Assembly: GCA_964016885.1 (NCBI GenBank)
Contig: OZ024758.1
Span: 16,554,001 to 16,618,000, forward strand
Length of the DNA stretch: 64,000 bases
Reading direction: 5' to 3'
Source: Eledone cirrhosa
Lineage: Eukaryota
The position numbers were made by a program, and so were the translations under genes. Numbering within the stretch: position 1 is the first letter of the stretch; each line of letters starts with the position of its first letter. The notes under the pieces were generated by a model, which saw only the letters and a program-made list of their open reading frames with translations, was not told the origin of the DNA and made no database searches. Below are positions 53,274 through 64,000 of this stretch, in pieces.

Positions 53274-54020
53274 ACTTCTCTGACCTGAGAGATGACAGCT
53301 CCGATACTATGGTCATGTGGTTAGAACGTCTCGGGAAAGAATCGCTGGAGCGATTTGTAGCTCTGAGTTCAGAGAGTCACTCCAGGTAGAGCCGCTACTT
53401 CTCCAAATTGAGAGATCACAGCTCCGATACTATGGGCATGTGGTTAAAATGTCTCAGGAAAGAACCACTGGACAGATTTGTAGCTCGGAGATCAGAGAGT
53501 CACTCCGGGTAGAGCCGCTACTTCTCCGAATTGAGATATCACATCTCCGATACTATGGGCATGTGGTTAGAATGTCTTAGGAAAGAACCACTTGACATAT
53601 TTGTAGCTCGGAGATCAGAGATTCACTCCGGGTAGAGCTGTTACTTCTCCGAATTGAGAGATCACAGCTCCGATACGATGGGCATGTGGTTAGAATGTCT
53701 CAGGAAAGAACCACTGGATAGATTTGCAACTCGGAGATGAGGGAGTCACTCTAGGTAGAGTTTCTACTTCTCTGAATTGAGAGATCACAGATCCGATACT
53801 ATGGTCATGTGGTTAGAATGTCTCAGGAAAGAATCGTTAGACAGATTTTACAGGCAAAACCAACCGGCAGGAGACCCAGGGGTAGTCTCCGAACAAGCTG
53901 GTTGGATAAAATCGATGAGTTAGGTTGGTCACACATGGGGATCCAGCCGGATTAATTGTAGACGGTTGGTTCTGAGAGGACCCACTGGAATGAATGTTTG
54001 AGGACTCTGCCCCCACGATC
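53274..54020 (+). mobile_element. RTE LINE 3' end with ~4.5 tandem 123-bp units
   Basis: Units at 53365, 53488, 53611, 53734; ends AKPTGRRPRGSLRTSWLD. Confidence 0.85.
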
Positions 54021-54109
54021 ATAAAAATGTCTACTATAATTTCGTCGGATGTAATAACTCTTACATGTAGCAGAGACCAATGTTTGGAGATATTATTGGG
54101 GAAGGAACA

Positions 54110-54406
54110 AAAGTATCAGTCTTGGCGATTCAGCAAGCATCTGCGGTCTAGTCATTTCTTCCGAATTAGTCTCAAGATCTGGTGTTGGTCGTAATGCGAT
54201 ATCTAAAGGATGGCGAGATTGTGTGTAACTGCGGTATAGAACCACAGACAACGCAACACCTCTTGATATGTCCTTGTTGGAACAGCCCTACACAACATTG
54301 GACTTGGCAAAGTTTCATGAGAAAGGACAGCGATGTGCTCAGCTGTGGCGGAACCACATCTAGCCAAGCTTTGTAGCCGACACTCTTGTGGAAACGATAA
54401 TAATAA
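54110..54406 (+). mobile_element. LINE 3' fragment with CCHC knuckle (Ingi/Vingi-like)
   Basis: CNCGIEPQTTQHLLICP followed by a (TAA)n tail. Confidence 0.6.
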
Positions 54407-54639
54407 GTCTTCAACAAACAGTACAGTGCTCAAATCTCATAACATTCATGTAATTTCTACTTCTATTCACAAATCTTCAGTAATAAACAGATATCACTTT
54501 TAATTAACAGGTGTAACTAGAGAGATGTGTTACATTAGCAAGTATGCATAATATAAGATCCGGCTTGCATTTAAGATTAAGTGAAGTTTTCGCCAAGATG
54601 TTGCACGAATAAAGATATTGATCTCTATTATCGACTGCT

Positions 54640-54692
<53 letters not shown>

Positions 54693-54830
54693 AATATATA
54701 TATAAATATATATATATTTAAATATATATATATATATATATATTTAAATATATATATATATATTTAAATATATATATATATATTTAAATATATATATATA
54801 TATTTAAATATATATATATATATATATATT

Positions 54831-54878
<48 letters not shown>

Positions 54879-54884
54879 TATATT

Positions 54885-55063
<179 letters not shown>

Positions 55064-55351
55064 AGCAGTCGATAATAGAGATCAATATATATATTTAAAT
55101 ATATATATATATATTTAAATATATATTTAAATATATATATATATATATATTTAAATATATATATATATATTTAAATATATATATATATATATATATTTAA
55201 ATATATATATATATATATATATTTAAATATATATATATATATATATATATTTAAATATATATATATATATATATTTAAATATATATATATATATATATAT
55301 ATATTTAAATATATATATATATATATTTAAATATATATATATATATATATT

Positions 55352-55397
<46 letters not shown>

Positions 55398-55487
55398 AAT
55401 ATACGTTATTCCGGGTTGAATCGGAGGTAACCACAGTAAGTAAGGTACTCAATACATAGCAGAGTATAACAGTTTTAATATAGATGA

Positions 55488-55536
55488 GATTCTACAGGAC
55501 TAGAACTGTTTCATTCATTAGAAATCATCAGGAATC
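55488..55536 (-). ncRNA. Type I hammerhead (family H), minus arm
   Basis: Mirror of 55538-55586. Confidence 0.75.
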
Positions 55537-55587
55537 AGATTCCTGATGATTTCTAATGAATGAAACAGTTCTAGTCCTGTAGAATCT
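55537..55587 (+). ncRNA. Type I hammerhead (family H), plus arm
   Basis: AGATTC-CTGATGA-tTTC-taat-GAAt-GAAACAG-ttctagtc-CTGTA-GAATCT; three stems, GUA triplet. Confidence 0.78.
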
Positions 55588-55634
55588 CATCTATATTAAA
55601 ACTATATATTTAAATATATATATATATATATATT

Positions 55635-55712
<78 letters not shown>

Positions 55713-55753
55713 TATATATATATAAATAAATAAATATATATATATATATATAA

Positions 55754-55802
<49 letters not shown>

Positions 55803-55849
55803 TATATATATATAAATAAATAAATATATATATATATATATAAATAAAT

Positions 55850-55944
<95 letters not shown>

Positions 55945-56295
55945 TATATATATATATATATAAATAAATAAATATATATATATATATATAAATAAATATA
56001 TATATATATATATAAATAAATATATATATATATATATAAATAAATATATATATATATAAATAAATATATATAAATAAATATATATATATATATATAAATA
56101 AATATATATATATATATATAAATAAATATATATATATAAATAAATATATATATATATATAAATAAATATATATATAAATAAATATATATATAAATAAATA
56201 TATATATATATATAAATAAATGTATATATATATATAAATAAATATATATATAAATAAATATATATATAAATAAATATATATATATATATAAATAA

Positions 56296-56348
<53 letters not shown>

Positions 56349-56364
56349 TATATATATATAAATA

Positions 56365-56411
<47 letters not shown>

Positions 56412-56432
56412 TTGTGTATATATGTATATATT

Positions 56433-56480
<48 letters not shown>

Positions 56481-56861
56481 GATGAGAAAACGCATCGCTA
56501 GAACAACCGTCAAAGACAGCGATGGACTAAAACGTCTCAGAAGACAGAGATTAGGTGCCAGTGGTCAACATAGAAACAATCTACAAGGCTGGTGGCAGGC
56601 AGAGGAAATATAGAAATGATTGAAAGAGGAGGAAGACAAGTAGAAGTGTGTTGGTGCGTAGAACTGAAGTAGGAAATAAAGAAAGGCGATGTTCTAGTCA
56701 AGTTTACACACACACATCTTCACCCTCATCAGCTCTGAAACCAGCACCATGGTTTCGCACGATTGTATTCACCAAAAGGGCTGACTGAAAACACGCGTGC
56801 TTTTTCTGTTCCTTCCTCTTTTCATTCTCTACCTTTCTATTCCATCTTTTATTTCTCATTC

Positions 56862-56893
56862 TTCTGATGAGGAACTAGTATCCGAAACGTAAA
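56862..56893 (+). ncRNA. Minimal (dimer-type) hammerhead in a Penelope-like pLTR
   Basis: CTGATGA-GGA-actagta-TCC-GAAACGTA; palindromic ACGT stem III; only 2 bp of stem I remain. Confidence 0.5.
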
Positions 56894-57199
56894 CACTGTT
56901 TTCTTACTATAACAAGCGTTAAACTAATATATTTCGTCATTGTATTATGTTGTTTCTGCTTACTTTTAGAACAGACACACACATTTTATATATATATGTG
57001 CGTGTGTGCGTGTGTGCGTGTGTGCGTGCGTGCGTGCGTGCGTGTGCGTGTGTGTGAGTATTCAATAGATTTTCAGCTGAATCTTAAGTAACAATTGTCT
57101 GTTTCAATTAATTTAACTTTTCATTTCAAATTTAAATTTAGCTTACATAGTGGTACAAATATTACAAACATGTACACACACACACACATACATACACGT

Positions 57200-57248
<49 letters not shown>

Positions 57249-57449
57249 CGCAAGTGTATGTATGTGTGTGTGTACATGTTTATAAATATATATATATATA
57301 TGTATGCATATATATATATATATACATACATACATATATACATACATACATACATATACATCGTAGCATAAACTTAAGATTATTCTGACAAAAACTTTTA
57401 TTTATATATCTAAATATATAATTCAAAGTTTTTAGAAATATCTAATTTT

Positions 57450-57690
57450 CGACTGTTTTGCATTCTTTGGTCTCGGGACTCACTCCTCCTCTGTTGAAAG
57501 CTCTGGTGCCTGATCTTCCGGTCGTACTCTATGATTCATGACTGGTGATATCACTCCGAAGCAAGCCTGGTTCTGTTTCAAGACGCTCGGGTATGTCCAG
57601 ACACCTGAATGCGCCACTCTCTCTGGTCGTTATTCAGCAACTTCGGCACCATCATCGTGAAGATCGTCGCATGCCTGAATCTTTAGTTTA
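57450..57690 (-). mobile_element. Decayed mariner transposase fragment
   Basis: Frameshifted GMR.., MVPKLLNNDQREWRIQV, ERLETEPGLL, EYDRKIRHQS, SPETKECKT resemble the mariner WVPKLL..IT.DE..YDPETK.QS..SP.PKK region. Confidence 0.7.
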
Positions 57691-58421
57691 TAACCTTCCA
57701 AACGTTGTCGCGCTTCAAGCCCAGCTAAACTGGCAATATTCAAACTTAGAGAGCGCAGAATATATAAACCACTCGGCCAATTTGCCACCACACATACAGA
57801 CGGATGATCCCTTACCGTTTCAACAGCTAGTATATAAATGTATATATATCTGTGCGCGTGTGTGTGTCTATGTTTATGTGAATGCGACTGTTGCCTGCGT
57901 GAAGACACAAAATTAATTATAATAAAACACCATATATACATTAGAAAATATTAAAATGCCGAACGATAACAAGTTAAAAAAAAATAACACAAAGAACAAG
58001 ACAAAAAACAACAACAACAAAGATAAAATCAAACAAAACACAAACACACAAACACACACACAAATAAGTGCTCTGAAATGCCCATAAACATTGGAATCTT
58101 TTCAAGAATAAATGAACAAATATACAAGGCTGCTTCGAGGATAAACAGATATTTCGAGACGGGAGCAAATTAAGAAAATTTGTTGGTAATTGCATTGAAA
58201 AATCTGTGGTTTTCGTCAAGACACAAGGGAAAGCAGATTATTGAAATGAGTAGGTATGTGGTTAATTTCATAAATAAACTATAACCTATTTCTTAACCAG
58301 TTACTAAAATCTAATCGTATTGTTATATTTCATCAGATATAACTGTCGTAGCATTGATATCAACGAAATAATATATCTTAATGTGTATATAAATGCACAT
58401 TCATTCAGTGTTATATATGTA

Positions 58422-58463
<42 letters not shown>

Positions 58464-58551
58464 ATAATAATAAATTTGAAGACTAAAATCCAAAGAGGGC
58501 TCGATAAGGATAAATATATATCAAATATATAAGAACCGTAGAGCAAATATT

Positions 58552-58670
58552 TATTAAAATAACAGATTAAAGTTTAAGCAAAGAATCGCTGCTTTCACCC
58601 TTAACGGGATCCTCTGAAGATCCCGTTAAGGGTGAAAGCAGCGATTCTTTGCTTAGACTTTAATCTGTTA

Positions 58671-58678
<8 letters not shown>
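58552..58678. mobile_element. Family D fold-back (60-bp arms, spacer CTCTGAA)
   Basis: Near-perfect inverted repeat abutting (TA)n. Confidence 0.8.
58612..58658 (+). ncRNA. Type I hammerhead (family D), intact core, stem I truncated
   Basis: CT-CTGAAGA-tCCC-gttaa-GGGt-GAAAGCA-gcgattctt-TGCTT-AG. Confidence 0.65.
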
Positions 58679-58724
<46 letters not shown>

Positions 58725-59125
58725 AGTGTATACATATATTTATATGTATGTATATATACGTGCGTGTGTGAGCGTGAGTGTGTATATACATATATTTATA
58801 TGTATGTATATATATATAATTATATGTATACATATGTATATATAATTATATGTATACATATGTATATATATATACATAAATATATATACATATATTTATA
58901 TGTATACATATATATATATGCATATATTTATATGAATATAACATATATATATGTATATATATGCATATATTTATATGAATATAACATATATGTATATATA
59001 TATGCATATATTTATATATATATATATATATATATTTATGTATATATATATATATAGAGTTAAGAACTCAGGGTAGTCCCTTACAATTAAATAGCTCTAA
59101 GAAAAAAGCTTTTCCGAGCCGTACA

Positions 59126-59632
59126 ATATAATTGAATAAACAAGAGAGATGAACACTAATATAAACCTACATGTAATTAGAAATTAGAAATTATAAGCTT
59201 TCACCGTATTTTCCATTTCTCCGAGGGTTATAAACCCCACTATCAGGCTAGAAATTTCTTTAGTCTAAAATACGGTGAAAGCTTATAATTTCTAATTTCT
59301 AATTTCAAACTCGCGCACTGTTTCAAAAACATACTTACATGTTTACGTTTATAATTTGCTTGTTTAAACATACATGTGTTCGAATCGTAAGGACTAAAAT
59401 TTGCTAGGGTGAAAAAATACTAACTACAGCAATAGGGTTTGTTATCCTTAACTTTAAATATTAAATTAAGAAAAATTAAGAAAAATAACAGACCTATATT
59501 GGGCAAAATGCCAGGTAACAACTAGACACTTATTAAGTGAAGTTTTCACATTTCTCTGCTCCTTTTAGTCCTTACGATTCGAACACATGTATGTTTATAT
59601 TAGTGTTCGTCTCTTGTTTATTCAATTATATT
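59126..59632. repeat. Nested inverted repeats
   Basis: 59126-59173/59585-59632; 59174-59211/59267-59304; 59365-59399/59563-59597. Confidence 0.75.
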
Positions 59633-59680
59633 TATATATATGCATATATATATATGCACACACACATATATATATATATA

Positions 59681-60140
59681 TATTTCGTTTCTGAATTTGT
59701 TTAGCAAGATTCTTTATATGAAATCGTGTGTTGAAACCGATATTGTTATACTTTGGGAGGGTCATGTTGCCAATAAGAAACACACGCACCAGTAACATGT
59801 AAATAAACAAATAAATAAATGAACATAATCACACACAGACACCCGGATGTGGCGCATGCGCAGACTGAGCACACAACACACACACAGAAACAAAATGGCG
59901 TAGGACAGAACAAAGGAGAGGCACAAAAAACAAAAAACAAAGAAAAGAATCCCCAGTCACTGAAGAGGTCACAGAGTGTGTGACGAAAGAACTATGACAA
60001 TATATAAACAACTATCTGGTTGTGGAACCAACCAACCAACCAACCAGAAATTTATAAATTTATAAATTTATTATAATAAATTGAAGTGAAAGCAACTGGT
60101 GCGTGTGTTTATAATTGGCAACATGACCCTCCCAAAGTAT

Positions 60141-60147
<7 letters not shown>
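59681..60147. mobile_element. Family G Penelope-like element with inverted 3' segment
   Basis: 59741-59793 inverted at 60094-60147; paralogue 30451-30696. Confidence 0.7.
59956..59998 (+). ncRNA. Type I hammerhead (family G)
   Basis: GTCA-CTGAAGA-g-GTCAC-agagtgt-GTGAC-GAAAG-aa-CTA-TGAC. Confidence 0.6.
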
Positions 60148-60210
<63 letters not shown>

Positions 60211-60244
60211 GCACATTATATATATATATATATATATATGCACG

Positions 60245-60283
<39 letters not shown>

Positions 60284-60314
60284 TTATATATATATATATA
60301 TATATATATGCACG

Positions 60315-60353
<39 letters not shown>

Positions 60354-60474
60354 TTATATATATATATATATATATATACATACAAAAACAAAACCGCAGA
60401 AACCCCCAGCATATATACATACATATAAACATATATAATTATAAACATATATAATTATAAATATATATATGTAT

Positions 60475-60659
60475 ATAGGAACAAGTATGACCCCGACGGC
60501 AGATCTCAAGCCGTTTCGACGGCCATTTCTGGACAGTCGAAACGGCATGAGATCTGCCGTCGGTCATACTCGTTCCTATTACTCACTCTACTACCCTAAG
60601 TATTGAGTTCTTTAGTGCGTTATGGTCCATCTGGTTCCTTACTATAATTCCTTCGTTAT
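60475..60659 (+). mobile_element. Family B fold-back fragment
   Basis: Same layout as 6018-6225 with a different junction. Confidence 0.75.
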
Positions 60660-63673
<3,014 letters not shown>

Positions 63674-64000
63674 TATGCGCTTACATGCACAGACAAGAAG
63701 CAATTAGAGTGGAAAATAACGTTACTTTTCTTTGGGAATACGCTTTTGGGCATAGACAGTCAACGGATGTGGGTAGCAATCTTTAATGTAATATAGAAAA
63801 CGAATGAATCCTTTCATTCGAAAAGAAATGAGGCATATATATAGACCAGAGTCATATGCTTGTATACAATTCCATCATCCCTTTTTGGTATGTGCTGAGA
63901 TATGAAACAACAACAAGATTTGAAATAAATCAAAGAAACAAGAAAAATGTAGAAACAAAAAGAAAATACCCCCCAAAATACATAAAAATACATAAACAAA

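Larger units (their letters stand above)
55405..55603. mobile_element. Family H element with perfect palindrome 55471-55603 (66-bp arms, 1-nt spacer)
   Basis: Centre at 55537; embedded in (TA)n. Confidence 0.85.

Overview
Eukaryotic, very AT-rich, repeat-saturated window with no confidently identifiable host protein-coding gene. The SINE families and (TA)n load resemble an octopod cephalopod genome (inference). Long (TA)n/(CA)n arrays generate almost all ORFs in the supplied track. Recognisable content includes about 30 copies or fragments of an OK-like tRNA-derived SINE, often in head-to-tail arrays, plus OR1/OR2-like SINEs. LINE fragments are RTE-clade (one twin-priming-type inverted copy and two in-frame 123-bp tandem arrays), HERO/NeSL-like and Ingi/Vingi-like. 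DNA transposon remnants are a mariner fragment and piggyBac-, hAT- and Tc/pogo-like MITEs, alongside several minisatellites. The most notable signal is a dense set of sequence-unrelated short elements beside (TA)n tracts that carry type I hammerhead ribozyme folds. Many are arranged as fold-back palindromes, two with a complete hammerhead on each strand. Paralogous copies show compensatory stem changes, and unusual core variants recur (U.U at the base of stem II, a CUGAAUGA core, a ~100-nt stem II). The best reading is Penelope-like pseudo-LTR or retrozyme remnants. A few micro-exon candidates hint at a host gene but are unproven. All folds and alignments were done by eye, and repeat boundaries are approximate.
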